The notes under the pieces: model-generated
Databases searched by the model: none
Told to the model about the DNA's origin: nothing
The model's input: only the letters and a program-made list of their open reading frames with translations
Shown here: positions 15,341 to 25,658 of the stretch, in pieces
Layout: every line of letters begins with the position of its first letter
Position numbering within the stretch: the first letter of the stretch is position 1
Made by a program: the position numbers and the translations under genes
IMG/VR virus record: IMGVR_UViG_3300018877_000052
Location: 1 to 40,122 of that record
Direction: 5' to 3' (one strand)
DNA from: a virus
Taxonomy: Duplodnaviria > Caudoviricetes
DNA: 40,122 nt

Positions 15341-17800
15341 TTGAAACACATCATTACATTCAAGGGAAAAGAGAAAGTAAAGAACAAGGAAAAGCTGGGC
15401 AAACAAATTGAAAAACACTTGAGGGAGTGGAAGAAATCAAAAATTATTAAAGAATTTAAGCATTTTCCTGAAATCTTTATCCTTGTAGATGCAGACGAAG
15501 AGTTGCTAAAAGAGTTGAGGAACGATCCTGATGTACTAGATGTTGAAGAAGATTCAGATGATATTTATCCAACAGCTCAAATAACAGAATGGTCTCACAG
15601 TCAAGGTCATAGTGATATCGCAGGATTCCATTCTCGTGGCTATACGGGTGCCGGAGTTAAAGTAGGTTACCTTGACACCGGAGCAGCACCACACGAAGAC
15701 CTGGTTTACGCTGGGAAGCTAAACGCTTACCCCGAAAACGGTGTAACCGCAGACCATGACTTTGACGGGCATGGGACAAATGTTGCAGGTATTATTGGTG
15801 CGAAAAACAATGGTCTAGGTTATGTGGGTGTCGCACCCGATTGTCAGTTATACGGTGTTAAAGTGGATAAAAATGACGGCGGTAGTTTTGTCAGAAGTGC
15901 AATAATTGATGGGGTAGATTGGCTTGTTGACCAAGGAGTAAAGATCATTAATTGTAGCTTTGGATCTGGAGTAGATAGTACTGCGCTTAAAACAAGTTTT
16001 GAAAACGCATATAAAAATCACGATGTACTGTTTATTGTGGGTGCTGGTAACGAGGCAGCCGGGGGTCAATATCAAACAAACCCAGACCCAAATAACTGCG
16101 TAAACTACCCAGCCAAGTATGATTTTGTTATAGCTGTAGGCACAGTATCATACAACGGAGCATTGGCTGCATCTTCTAGTCGTGGCCCGGAAATTGATGT
16201 ATCTGCACCTGGAGTAAGTGTAAAAACTACACGACCAAGCGACGCAAATAAAGCAGGAACCGACGTGTTAACACCAAGCAATGAGTATATTTCATTTAGT
16301 GGAACATCTTGTGCAGCTCCTCATGTTGCAGGATTAGCAGCGCTTTATCGTCAAATGTACCCTAATTATACTGCGGATCAAATTCGTAGTTTGATCGAAA
16401 CCAATGTAATTGACTATGGAGCTCCTGGAAAGGATATCGCATATGGTAAAGGCGTGGTAGTGTCTCCGTGGGCAGAAAGAAACGTAAATCGCAAGGTGTT
16501 TACTGGCACTTCGATAAGCGGTACTGTTGCACAGCCGGAAGGTGACTTTTATGAATACACTGCATCTACAACGGGTAATGTAACATTTACTTTTACTGGA
16601 TCTGGTTTTACCCCACGTATGGAAGTTTTTGATGCGACTGGAAAGCGTGTTGGAGGTGGAAATGCCAGCTCTCCAGTTGTCGCATCGGTAGTAGCTGGTC
16701 AGAAGTATTATATTGGTCTTTATTCAGCAATTAATATTCAAGCTGGTGGTGCATATACCATTACAAGTGATGTTCCAGCTTCAGGAGGGGGTAGTACACC
16801 AGGGAGCTCCTTTTCCAATGCAATCGTGGTATCAGGTACATCTTCGAGCGGCATAATTCCTTCTGGAGGCGAATTGTACTTCAAGTATACTGCTCCTACT
16901 ACGGGAAGCTATACTTTAACTCTTACAACCAGTTTTGATTCTTACTTGGAATTGTATAACTCTTCTCAAACTCTTTTAACTTTCGATGATGATAGTAACG
17001 GTAGTGGTCAGCCTAAGATTTCATATAACCTAACTGCAGGTCATGTATACTATCTTAAAGCGTTTGGTTATAACCACAATACATCTTACTATGGAGCTTG
17101 CAGTTTGAACGTTATTGTACCAAGTGGCAGCGGTGGTACCGCCCCTACAAACGTCAAAATTACTGCACAGAACCCGAGCTCTAGCCAAACTAGTATTCCT
17201 CTTACATGGTCGGCAAGCGGAGCAACATCGTATGACGTTTACCGAAATGGTTCTCGTATATTGGGTGGCACTACTGCAACCAGTTACACTGATACTGGAC
17301 TGTCTGCAAATACTACTTATTCATATTATGTTGTGGCGACTAACGCCTACGGATCCACAACAAGTGCAACAGTTACGGGGAAAACAGCTGCAAGTAGTGG
17401 TGTAACTCCAACCACTATCATTGAAGATTTTTCGGATGACAATATGAATTTCAATTTTTCCGGTGCATGGGTGAGAACGGATAATGGGCTCTATCGTGGA
17501 TCAACAGCAAATGGAGGAGTTACAGAAACAGCATTTACAGTAACTGTTCCAACAAATGCTACAACACGCAGTTTAACAATGGATTTCCGTGTTGCGAATG
17601 CATCCTCTTCTGCTGGAGAAAAATTTGAGGTTTTGGTAAATGATGTGGTCAAATTTACCAGTACACAAGCTGATAACACGGTCAGAAATACAGGATTAAT
17701 TGTTCTTGGAACCGGTACGCAAACTATTAAGATAAGAATAGCCAATACTTCAGGTGTTACCTATGCGTACATCGATAACGTACAGGTTAGTTGGTCTTAA
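15341..17800 (+). CDS. S8 subtilisin-like serine protease with propeptide, two PPC-like domains, FN3 and C-terminal beta domain (moron)
   Basis: Triad motifs LDTG, HGTNVAG, GTSCAAPHVAG; DDDSNG PPC-like and YDVYRNG/YTDTGL FN3 motifs; no hydrophobic signal peptide. Confidence 0.93.
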   Translation: MKHIITFKGKEKVKNKEKLGKQIEKHLREWKKSKIIKEFKHFPEIFILVDADEELLKELRNDPDVLDVEEDSDDIYPTAQITEWSHSQGHSDIAGFHSRGYTGAGVKVGYLDTGAAPHEDLVYAGKLNAYPENGVTADHDFDGHGTNVAGIIGAKNNGLGYVGVAPDCQLYGVKVDKNDGGSFVRSAIIDGVDWLVDQGVKIINCSFGSGVDSTALKTSFENAYKNHDVLFIVGAGNEAAGGQYQTNPDPNNCVNYPAKYDFVIAVGTVSYNGALAASSSRGPEIDVSAPGVSVKTTRPSDANKAGTDVLTPSNEYISFSGTSCAAPHVAGLAALYRQMYPNYTADQIRSLIETNVIDYGAPGKDIAYGKGVVVSPWAERNVNRKVFTGTSISGTVAQPEGDFYEYTASTTGNVTFTFTGSGFTPRMEVFDATGKRVGGGNASSPVVASVVAGQKYYIGLYSAINIQAGGAYTITSDVPASGGGSTPGSSFSNAIVVSGTSSSGIIPSGGELYFKYTAPTTGSYTLTLTTSFDSYLELYNSSQTLLTFDDDSNGSGQPKISYNLTAGHVYYLKAFGYNHNTSYYGACSLNVIVPSGSGGTAPTNVKITAQNPSSSQTSIPLTWSASGATSYDVYRNGSRILGGTTATSYTDTGLSANTTYSYYVVATNAYGSTTSATVTGKTAASSGVTPTTIIEDFSDDNMNFNFSGAWVRTDNGLYRGSTANGGVTETAFTVTVPTNATTRSLTMDFRVANASSSAGEKFEVLVNDVVKFTSTQADNTVRNTGLIVLGTGTQTIKIRIANTSGVTYAYIDNVQVSWS

Positions 17801-17808
17801 CACTACAT

Positions 17809-17839
17809 GCCCTCTGCAAATGCAGAGGGCTTTTTTATT
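17809..17839 (+). terminator. Rho-independent terminator after the protease
   Basis: GCCCTCTGC-AAAT-GCAGAGGGC-TTTTTT. Confidence 0.9.
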
Positions 17840-18029
17840 TGAGAGAGAAATGAGTAGGAATCGAGAAGAAAGTGAAGATTAGCGCTGGTAAAATTGCATT
17901 AGATCTTGTTGTAACTAAATGATTTGCGAGGGACAAAGGACGGGGATTATTGATTGTTAACGAGACTACTGCTTCGGACACTCGCTCCCTGTCCTTTGTT
18001 GCTCAAAGAGTGTATGGCGAGTGGCCGGC

Positions 18030-18225
18030 ACGGGACACGGGTCCTTCTAGGGGAGATTGAATCCTTACGGGTAGAACGAGCCCCGAAATTCAGCTAGACA
18101 CAATTTTTGAAAGTCACTTCCTATTCCCGAGAAATGGCTTTTTTCTTGGAGAATCACTTCATTTAATGCACTCAAAATAAACCACCAAAAATTCGGAAGT
18201 AGTGAAAGATTCAACTTCCGAAGGA
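18030..18225. other. Putative cos/packaging-initiation region
   Basis: GC-rich GGGTCCTTCT...ACGAGCCCCGAAA followed by repeated ACTTC/GAAGT boxes just upstream of terS. Confidence 0.45.
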
Positions 18226-18238
18226 AAGGAGAGAAATC

Positions 18239-18745
18239 ATGGAAACAATTGTGGGCACCCAGGAATTTGCCGATGTGATCGGTAAAACACCCAAATGGGT
18301 CAATACGTTAACCAGAGACGGTGTGTTGGTTCAAGAATCCAGAGGAAAGTACCACCTGGCAAATAATGTGCAGCGATATATCAAATATGTGCAGCATCTT
18401 AGCGACAATACAGATGTGGATTACAACGAAGAAAAGGCGTTGCATGAACGTGCCAAGAGGAAGATTGCTGAAATGGATCTTGCTGAGAAAGAATTGACTC
18501 TCATGCAGGTCAATGAGGCAATCAAAATCATTGAAAAGATGGTGAGCCTTTTCAAAGCGCGGTGTCTTACGATCCCATCGAAAGTATCTCCTTTACTTCA
18601 ATATGAAACGGAGCTGCCGGTAATCACAGGCATACTTAGGACAGAAATCACGGAGGCGCTGAAAGAATTGTCCGATCTATATCAAAAGTTTGCTGAGAAT
18701 CGCGGTCAACCTTCGGAGGATGAACATGAGTCCGAAGAGTCGTAA
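18239..18745 (+). CDS. Terminase small subunit (Nu1-like, N-terminal HTH)
   Basis: wHTH plus coiled coil; precedes terL. Confidence 0.85.
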   Translation: METIVGTQEFADVIGKTPKWVNTLTRDGVLVQESRGKYHLANNVQRYIKYVQHLSDNTDVDYNEEKALHERAKRKIAEMDLAEKELTLMQVNEAIKIIEKMVSLFKARCLTIPSKVSPLLQYETELPVITGILRTEITEALKELSDLYQKFAENRGQPSEDEHESEES

Positions 18746-20570
18746 GATCTATCATGCGATTGCGTCATTTATAGCGCCACCACCGACGTTGACGGTTACG
18801 GAATGGGCAGATACTTTCCGCTATCTCTCTCCGGAGTCTGCAGCTGAACCTGGAAAGTATCGAAGTGATCGGGCTCCCTATCAAAAAGGAATGATGGATG
18901 CGGTCAGTGATCCGGAGGTGGAGGAAGTCGTTTTCATGTTGGGGTCACAGCTGGGCAAAACATTGTCTCAAGAGAACATTATTGGGTACTTCATCCATCA
19001 GGATCCATCCCCAATGATGTTGGTTGTGCCTACTTTAGACATGGGAAAAAGCTTCTCAAAAGACCGATTAAGCACGATGATAAGGGACACACCGGTTCTG
19101 ACAGAGAAGGTTGCGGATTCAAAGGCGAAGGACTCAGGGAATACAATCCTGCACAAATCCTTCCCGGGAGGCCACATCACCATCGTGGGCAGCAACTCAC
19201 CGGCCTCCCTCGCCAGCCGGCCCATCCGTGTTCTTCTTGTGGACGAATTGGACCGTTTCGAAGCTACTTCCGAAGGTGATGCGTTGGACTTGGCACGACG
19301 CAGGACGGCAACCTTTAACAATCGGAAAATTGTCATTGCCTCCACACCTACCATAAAGGAACATTCACGAATCGAGCAGTTGTACAATAACTCCTCAAAG
19401 GGGCACTGGAATTTACCGTGTCCCAAATGTGACGCATATCAACCTCTGGAGTGGAGCCGTATCGTTTTCGATACGGTTTCAATACGTTGTAGGGACTGTG
19501 GGTTCGCATCCAGTGAAATGGAGTGGAAAAAGCAGCAGATCTCCGGTAAAGGTCAATGGATACATGAGCACCCTGAGCGGAAAGTAAAAGGCTTTCACAT
19601 GAATGCCTTGGCGTCTCCCTGGACACGTTGGCAAGAAATGATTGATGCTTTCCATGTAGCAAATGAGGAGTTAAAGAAAGGCAATCCCGAACAAATGAGG
19701 GTATTCGTCAATACGCTCCTCAGTGAGACTTGGGAAGATGATTACAACCAGGATGCTATCGATCAAGATGCGCTGCTAAAGCGACGGGAGGAGTATGAAG
19801 CTGAGCTTCCGGAAGGCGTCTTGGTATTAACGATGGCGGTGGATACTCAAAATGATCGACTTGAGTATGAGGTAGTCGGTTGGGGAAGAGAAGAAGAGGC
19901 TTGGGGGATTGAAAAAGGGATTGTCTGGGGGAAACCGGATGACAAAAGGACCTGGCAGATGCTCGAGGATAAACGAAAAAAGGTATGGAAGTTTGCAGAC
20001 GGCACTGGAATGATCGTGGCTTGCACTTGTGTGGACTCCGGTGGCCATTTTACTGATGATGTTTACCGTTATTGTGCTGAACATCTTCAAGAGAGAGTCT
20101 TCCCGATCAAAGGGGAAGGCGGAGATGGCATTCCTCTGGTTTACAAGGTATCTCGGAATAACAAATACCGTCTTCCGTTGGTACTGCTTGGTGTAGATTC
20201 AGCGAAAACGGCCATCATGCAACGAATTCAGATCGAAGAGCCAGGTCCGCGGTATTTCCACTTCCCGAAGGATGACAACCGCGGCTACGATCGTGTTTAC
20301 TTCACCGGTCTCGTATCGGAACGGCAGGTTTTCCGTAAAAAAGGCGGGCAAGTGGTGATGGTTTGGGAGAATATCGCAAAAGACAAGCGCAATGAGCCGT
20401 TAGACTTGCGAGTGTATGGAATGGCAGCACTCCGGCTGCTCAATCCGAACTTTGAGGCCTTAGAAAAGCGTTTAAATAAGGTTGCTGCAGGGGTCCAAGC
20501 CAACGAAAAACCGAAAAAATGCAGTGCCAAAAAGCGATATGGAGTCGTTAAAAGAGCCGCCGATTTTTAA
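18726..20570 (+). CDS. Terminase large subunit, GpA family
   Basis: SQLGKT Walker A, DELDR, STPT, CxxC pairs, RNEPLD. Confidence 0.96.
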   Translation: MSPKSRKIYHAIASFIAPPPTLTVTEWADTFRYLSPESAAEPGKYRSDRAPYQKGMMDAVSDPEVEEVVFMLGSQLGKTLSQENIIGYFIHQDPSPMMLVVPTLDMGKSFSKDRLSTMIRDTPVLTEKVADSKAKDSGNTILHKSFPGGHITIVGSNSPASLASRPIRVLLVDELDRFEATSEGDALDLARRRTATFNNRKIVIASTPTIKEHSRIEQLYNNSSKGHWNLPCPKCDAYQPLEWSRIVFDTVSIRCRDCGFASSEMEWKKQQISGKGQWIHEHPERKVKGFHMNALASPWTRWQEMIDAFHVANEELKKGNPEQMRVFVNTLLSETWEDDYNQDAIDQDALLKRREEYEAELPEGVLVLTMAVDTQNDRLEYEVVGWGREEEAWGIEKGIVWGKPDDKRTWQMLEDKRKKVWKFADGTGMIVACTCVDSGGHFTDDVYRYCAEHLQERVFPIKGEGGDGIPLVYKVSRNNKYRLPLVLLGVDSAKTAIMQRIQIEEPGPRYFHFPKDDNRGYDRVYFTGLVSERQVFRKKGGQVVMVWENIAKDKRNEPLDLRVYGMAALRLLNPNFEALEKRLNKVAAGVQANEKPKKCSAKKRYGVVKRAADF

Positions 20571-20620
20571 AAATCTGGCGGTTTTTCCTTGTAAAATCCC
20601 TCAGAAAACGGTGGTTTTGA

Positions 20621-20860
20621 ATGACAAATACGCGATTGCAATTAGTGAAAGAAAGGCTTCAAGCCTATTATCAGGCCGAAATGGCCGTTTTAACAGGTCA
20701 AGAATACAGAATTGGAACGAGGGCAATGCGCCGGGCGGACTTATCTGAAATCAGAAAGGCCATAAACGAGTTGGAAAAGCAAGTTCAGGATTTGGAAGCT
20801 CAAACGATTGGTGGTAGTAGATCCAACCGAGCAAGGCGAGTAGTAATCCGCGATTTATAA
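20621..20860 (+). CDS. Head-tail joining protein (gpW-like)
   Basis: AE.AVL.GQEY.IG.R...RADL..IR; between terL and portal. Confidence 0.8.
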   Translation: MTNTRLQLVKERLQAYYQAEMAVLTGQEYRIGTRAMRRADLSEIRKAINELEKQVQDLEAQTIGGSRSNRARRVVIRDL

Positions 20861-20878
20861 GAGCAGGGAGGTGATCAC

Positions 20879-22462
20879 TTGAATGCAATTGATAAGGTTT
20901 ATTCCTATTTCAACCCACTGGGAGCTCTGAAGCGTCAAGCAGCACGAAAGGCCATGGATGTAATGAACACTGGATACTCAGAATCGGGCGCTTCCGTCAC
21001 AAAAAAATCGATGAAAGGCTGGAGAGCTAAGTCAAAAAGCCCCCAATCTGATATCGATTTAAACTTGGATACGTTACGACAGCGCTCTAGGGACCTATTC
21101 ATGGGCGGTACTTTAGGCAGATCAGCCATCGTCACTCCACGAACAAATGTCATCGGTGCAGGCTTGAAGCTAAAAGCACGGATTGATTATGAATTGCTCG
21201 GGATGACCCGGGAACAAGCCGATGAATGGGAACGAAAGACGGAGCGAGAATTTTCTCTTTGGGCAGAAAGTAAATTCTGTGATGCACTGCGGATGAATAA
21301 CTTTTACGAAATGCAGTCCATTCTGTTCATGTCTACTTTACTTAATGGAGATGGATGGGTTGCGTTGAAGCACGGAGAATCCAAATCATTCTTTCCATAC
21401 ACGCTGCGGATCCATCTGTTTGAAGGTGATCGAGTTTGTACACCATGGGGCGCAACTGGATATCCCACCATCAGTTCAGTGATTGGGAAGAACGACGCTA
21501 ACGGAAATCGGATTATTAACGGGGTAGAAATCGACAACGATGGCGCTGTTGTTGCGTATTGGATCGCCAATAAATATGTCAATGATCCCACAACACCTAT
21601 GACTGAAATAAAGTGGTCTCGTGTGGAAGCGTTCGGAAAACGTACAGGGCAGCCCAATATTCTTCAAATCATGGAATCAGAACGTTGTGAACAGTATCGA
21701 GGTGTACCATTCCTTGCTCCTGTCTTACAGAGCATCAAGCAGATAACCCAATATACAGAGGCGGAGCTGACCAGCGCGATCATCCTAAGCTTCTTCACGG
21801 TTTTTGTGAAGGAAGGACAAACGCCAATTTCAGATTTTGCAATTGCGGAAGCCGTTCCTGAAGAAGAAAAAGTCGATTTTGACCCGAATGCATTGGAATT
21901 GGGTTCCGGGACCATCAATGTTCTCCCTCCAGGTTATGAAATCGAAACGGCAGATCCAAAGCGACCGGCTTCTTCTTTTGATGTTTTTGTAAACGCATTG
22001 GCAAGACAAATTGGCGCTGCTTTGGAAATGCCGTATGAATTGCTTCTCAAAAGCTTTACCGCTAGTTATTCAGCAAGTCGAGCAGCATTATTGGAAGCTT
22101 GGAAGTCTTTCCGAATGAAACGAACATGGTTTGCCAATGATTTTTGCCAGCCGGTCTATGAAATCTGGCTGGCTGAAGCTATTGCACGAGGAAGAATTCA
22201 GGCTCCAGGGTATTTCAATGATCCTTTGCTTTCGAAAGCATGGAGTCAAGCTGAGTGGTACGGCCCGGCACCCGGTCAACTCGACCCGGTGAAAGAAGTC
22301 GCAGCCTCTAAATTAAAAGTAGAGAATGGCTTCTCCACAAGAGAAAGAGAAACCATTGAAATTAACGGAGGAGACTTTGATCGTAACATTGCGCAGTTGC
22401 AGAGGGAAAATCAATTGATGAGGGATGCGGGCTTACTAAGAGAAGGGAGTGGTACACAGTGA
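20879..22462 (+). CDS. Portal protein, lambda family
   Basis: LRQRSRDL, QYRGVP, SYSASRA, DPVKE motifs. Confidence 0.95.
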   Translation: MNAIDKVYSYFNPLGALKRQAARKAMDVMNTGYSESGASVTKKSMKGWRAKSKSPQSDIDLNLDTLRQRSRDLFMGGTLGRSAIVTPRTNVIGAGLKLKARIDYELLGMTREQADEWERKTEREFSLWAESKFCDALRMNNFYEMQSILFMSTLLNGDGWVALKHGESKSFFPYTLRIHLFEGDRVCTPWGATGYPTISSVIGKNDANGNRIINGVEIDNDGAVVAYWIANKYVNDPTTPMTEIKWSRVEAFGKRTGQPNILQIMESERCEQYRGVPFLAPVLQSIKQITQYTEAELTSAIILSFFTVFVKEGQTPISDFAIAEAVPEEEKVDFDPNALELGSGTINVLPPGYEIETADPKRPASSFDVFVNALARQIGAALEMPYELLLKSFTASYSASRAALLEAWKSFRMKRTWFANDFCQPVYEIWLAEAIARGRIQAPGYFNDPLLSKAWSQAEWYGPAPGQLDPVKEVAASKLKVENGFSTRERETIEINGGDFDRNIAQLQRENQLMRDAGLLREGSGTQ

Positions 22463-23574
22463 AATTTTGGGAGTTTAAGAACATCTCCGAATCAGAAGCG
22501 GAGTTGCTTTTGTACGGAAACATCGCTTCACAAAAACCATGGTGGGATGAAGGAGACACAGTAACACCCAAACAATTTGCCGATGATCTGCGGAACCTTG
22601 GCACAAAGTCAAATATCGCCGTAAGAATCAACTCTGTCGGTGGGGATGTATTTGCAGCTCACGCAATTTTCACCCAACTGAGGACAAATCCAGCCAACAT
22701 CACTGTGATTGTGGACGGAATTGCCGCCAGTGCAGCAACAATCGTGGCGATGGCCGGGGATACCGTAAAGATGCCATCCAATGCACTTTTCATGATTCAT
22801 GACCCGTTGGTGGCGCTGTGGGGATATTACAATACATCCGACTTTGAGAAGTTTATAGCCACCTTGGAAACGGTGAAAGAATCTATCATTGCCTCTTACT
22901 TGAATAGGACGTCACTGGACCGTGAAACACTGTCTCAAATGATGAGAGACGAAAGCTGGATGACGGCGGAGGAGGCGTTGGAGAATGGTTTTATTGATGA
23001 AATCATTGCATCTTCGGATATGCAAGCCGCCGTAAATGGTAACTTCCTTGTAGTAAACAGTATTAGTCATGATCTGTCCCAGTTTAAAAACCTACCAAGC
23101 GCTTTACCCAAAACCAGCCAACCAGCTGGTTTTTTCAATACAGGTGGTAAAGAAAGAAAACAAAGCAATAGTCAGAAGGGGGATTCAGTTGTGAAAACAG
23201 TGGACGAGTTGAAACAAGCTTATCCTGACCTTGTAGCACAGATTGAAAATGCGGCAAAAGAGGCAGGAGTAAAATCGGAACGGGAGCGTATGAAAGGGAT
23301 CGAAGAGATCAGCAATACCATTGCTCCTGAGTTGGTGAATAAGGCCAAATACGAGCAACCCATAAACGCCCAAGAATTGGCTTTCCAGGCGTTGAAAAAC
23401 GATGCCGCAAAAGGAAATCGATATCTGAACAACGTGAAAGAAGACGTTACAGATTCGGGTGTATCCGATATAGGTGGCCAACCAGCTGATGTGAGCAACG
23501 ATGGCAAGAAAACAGAAGAAGTAAAAAACGTAGTGAATACGTTGGCTAATTTCTTGAACAAAGGAGTGAAGTAA
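22459..23574 (+). CDS. ClpP-like (S14) head maturation protease with scaffold-like tail
   Basis: INSVGGDV, AASAA, MIHDP, ESWMTAEEALENGFID. Confidence 0.93.
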   Translation: MKFWEFKNISESEAELLLYGNIASQKPWWDEGDTVTPKQFADDLRNLGTKSNIAVRINSVGGDVFAAHAIFTQLRTNPANITVIVDGIAASAATIVAMAGDTVKMPSNALFMIHDPLVALWGYYNTSDFEKFIATLETVKESIIASYLNRTSLDRETLSQMMRDESWMTAEEALENGFIDEIIASSDMQAAVNGNFLVVNSISHDLSQFKNLPSALPKTSQPAGFFNTGGKERKQSNSQKGDSVVKTVDELKQAYPDLVAQIENAAKEAGVKSERERMKGIEEISNTIAPELVNKAKYEQPINAQELAFQALKNDAAKGNRYLNNVKEDVTDSGVSDIGGQPADVSNDGKKTEEVKNVVNTLANFLNKGVK

Positions 23575-23576
23575 TC

Positions 23577-23954
23577 ATGGGTAAACTGAACAGCATCACA
23601 GGGACCTTTACCCCGGACAATCTGATCGCTGGCATTGATGTACCACAGCAAGTCAAAGCAGTAACCCTGAAATCTGGTCAAGGCGTACTTAAACGCGGCA
23701 CCGTGTTAGGGGTCATTACTGCTGGTGGTTTGGCGGTTAAAGTAAACAGCGCGAACACCGACGGCAGCGAGACTGCGGATTGTATCTTGATTAATGACGT
23801 TGACACAACCGCTGAAAATGTTGTGGCCGAAGCCTATATCAGTGGTCAATTCAACCGAAAAGCACTCATCTTCGGAGGCTTAGATACAGCAGCTAAACAC
23901 GAAACTACGCTTCGAGAACGTGGTATTTTCCTGAGCGATAATCTCACTTACTAA
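23577..23954 (+). CDS. Head decoration protein
   Basis: GQGVLKRGTVLG motif; precedes the capsid gene. Confidence 0.85.
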   Translation: MGKLNSITGTFTPDNLIAGIDVPQQVKAVTLKSGQGVLKRGTVLGVITAGGLAVKVNSANTDGSETADCILINDVDTTAENVVAEAYISGQFNRKALIFGGLDTAAKHETTLRERGIFLSDNLTY

Positions 23955-23968
23955 GGAGGCTGATTCAC

Positions 23969-25024
23969 TTGGCTATGATCAATATTTATGACACTCGCAC
24001 AATGATGCAAGCAATTGAGCAGATGAAACCTGCTCACACGTTTTTCCGAGATACTTTTTTCCCTACGGTTGAAACATTTGTTACAGAAAAAATCGATGTG
24101 GAGACCAAGAAAGGGAAGCGTGCGATGGCACCATTCGTTTCTCGCAATCACGGCGGGATAACGGTAGCACGTCAAGGTTTCCGCACTGACACCTATGAAA
24201 CACCATATATTGCTCCGCAACGTGTTCTGACGAAGAACGACATTAACCAGCGGATGATGGGTGAAAACATCTATAGCACACGCACTCCCGCACAACGAGC
24301 AATTGAGCTGCTGGCGAAGGATATTACTGAGCTTTCCACGATGATCACACGTACTGAGGAATGGTTCTGCCGTGAAATCCTCATTAATGGACGTGTAACC
24401 ATCAAAGGATGGGTAGATAAAATCGGTGGTTCCGACTATGTGGAAGACGAAATCGATTATGAATTTACAAATAAAGAAACTCTGTCCGGTGCGGACGCAT
24501 GGGATCAGTCTACTAGCAAGAAATATGATGACTTGAAGCGTATCCGTATGGAAGTCATTCAAAACTCGGGTATGAATCCAAACATTGTCATTATGGCTAG
24601 CAACGTTGCAGATCTGTTTATCAATGACCCAACAATTCAAAAGCTACTGGATATCCGTAATCTTACGATTGGTACGATTCAGCCAAGTGTTCAGATGGAC
24701 GGTTTGACGTACATTGGAACGTTGACTAGCCTTGGCCTAGAATTGTACACCTATGACGAATGGTTCCTGGATGAAAGTGGTGTGGAACAACCGATGATGC
24801 CAGCTGATCATCTGATCATGGGACGCCGCGGTCTTGGGACCCGCCTGTACGGTGCAGTCACTCAAGTGGAGCAAAGCGACGGCGACTTCCACACTTATGA
24901 AGGGACACGAATCCCGAAAGTGTGGACGGACGTGAACAACGATCAGAAGATGATTCGACTTGCTTCTCGACCACTGCCAAAACCGGATGATGTAGACTCC
25001 TGGTTCGTTCTGAAAGTGAAATAA
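23969..25024 (+). CDS. Major capsid protein (lambda gpE family)
   Basis: FFRDTFFP, MAPFV, EEW, C-terminal SRPLP. Confidence 0.93.
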   Translation: MAMINIYDTRTMMQAIEQMKPAHTFFRDTFFPTVETFVTEKIDVETKKGKRAMAPFVSRNHGGITVARQGFRTDTYETPYIAPQRVLTKNDINQRMMGENIYSTRTPAQRAIELLAKDITELSTMITRTEEWFCREILINGRVTIKGWVDKIGGSDYVEDEIDYEFTNKETLSGADAWDQSTSKKYDDLKRIRMEVIQNSGMNPNIVIMASNVADLFINDPTIQKLLDIRNLTIGTIQPSVQMDGLTYIGTLTSLGLELYTYDEWFLDESGVEQPMMPADHLIMGRRGLGTRLYGAVTQVEQSDGDFHTYEGTRIPKVWTDVNNDQKMIRLASRPLPKPDDVDSWFVLKVK

Positions 25025-25041
25025 GAGAGGGGGAAATAGTC

Positions 25042-25323
25042 ATGGACGTCTTTGTAAACCGTTATCGTGTTCGTCACAACGGAATTGTATATGGTCCCGG
25101 TCAACCTGGTGGGCAGTTAATCGAGGGTCTCTCCGAAGAGGAAGGGACCCTTTTGATTGAACCGTCTAATGGGAGCGTGACTGAATATACACCTCCAACG
25201 AAAGGCAAGAAGCAAAATAAGGGAGAAACACCTGAAGCAGAAGAGGAAGCGGAGGACGACCTCTCTGGTGAAATAAATGCGGATGATCTAATCAAACCAT
25301 CATCCACCCGAAAGGGTAAATAA
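25042..25323 (+). CDS. Hypothetical head-associated protein
   Basis: GAGGGG RBS; position after capsid gene. Confidence 0.7.
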   Translation: MDVFVNRYRVRHNGIVYGPGQPGGQLIEGLSEEEGTLLIEPSNGSVTEYTPPTKGKKQNKGETPEAEEEAEDDLSGEINADDLIKPSSTRKGK

Positions 25324-25325
25324 AG

Positions 25326-25658
25326 ATGCCAACCTTTCGAGACTTCCTTGATGCTGATCTTTCTACTTTTCTCAATCCGATTGAGTTTGGAGATCTTCAC
25401 GATGTGGATGGGAAAGAAATCTTGGCGGTTATTGATGAAGACCTATCCCAAACCAGGTCTCGTCAACCGCTCGAATTGTACAACGCTACTCCAGGAATCT
25501 ATGTCCAACGAATCATTATGTTTGTGCGGAAAAGTGATCTAGGATATCGGCCGGTCAGCGATCAATTGATGAAGATTGACGGTGCGATTTATAAGGTGGC
25601 CAACTGTTCGGATCAAATGGGTGTCCTTGAAATCACCCTGGAGGCGAACCAAGCATGA
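25326..25658 (+). CDS. Head-tail adaptor/closure protein
   Basis: FLN..EFG..H..DG motif; position. Confidence 0.75.
   Translation: MPTFRDFLDADLSTFLNPIEFGDLHDVDGKEILAVIDEDLSQTRSRQPLELYNATPGIYVQRIIMFVRKSDLGYRPVSDQLMKIDGAIYKVANCSDQMGVLEITLEANQA

Noticed and set aside
17840-18238. tRNA or HNH endonuclease gene before terS
   Set aside because: No cloverleaf or T-loop consensus and no HNH ORF detected
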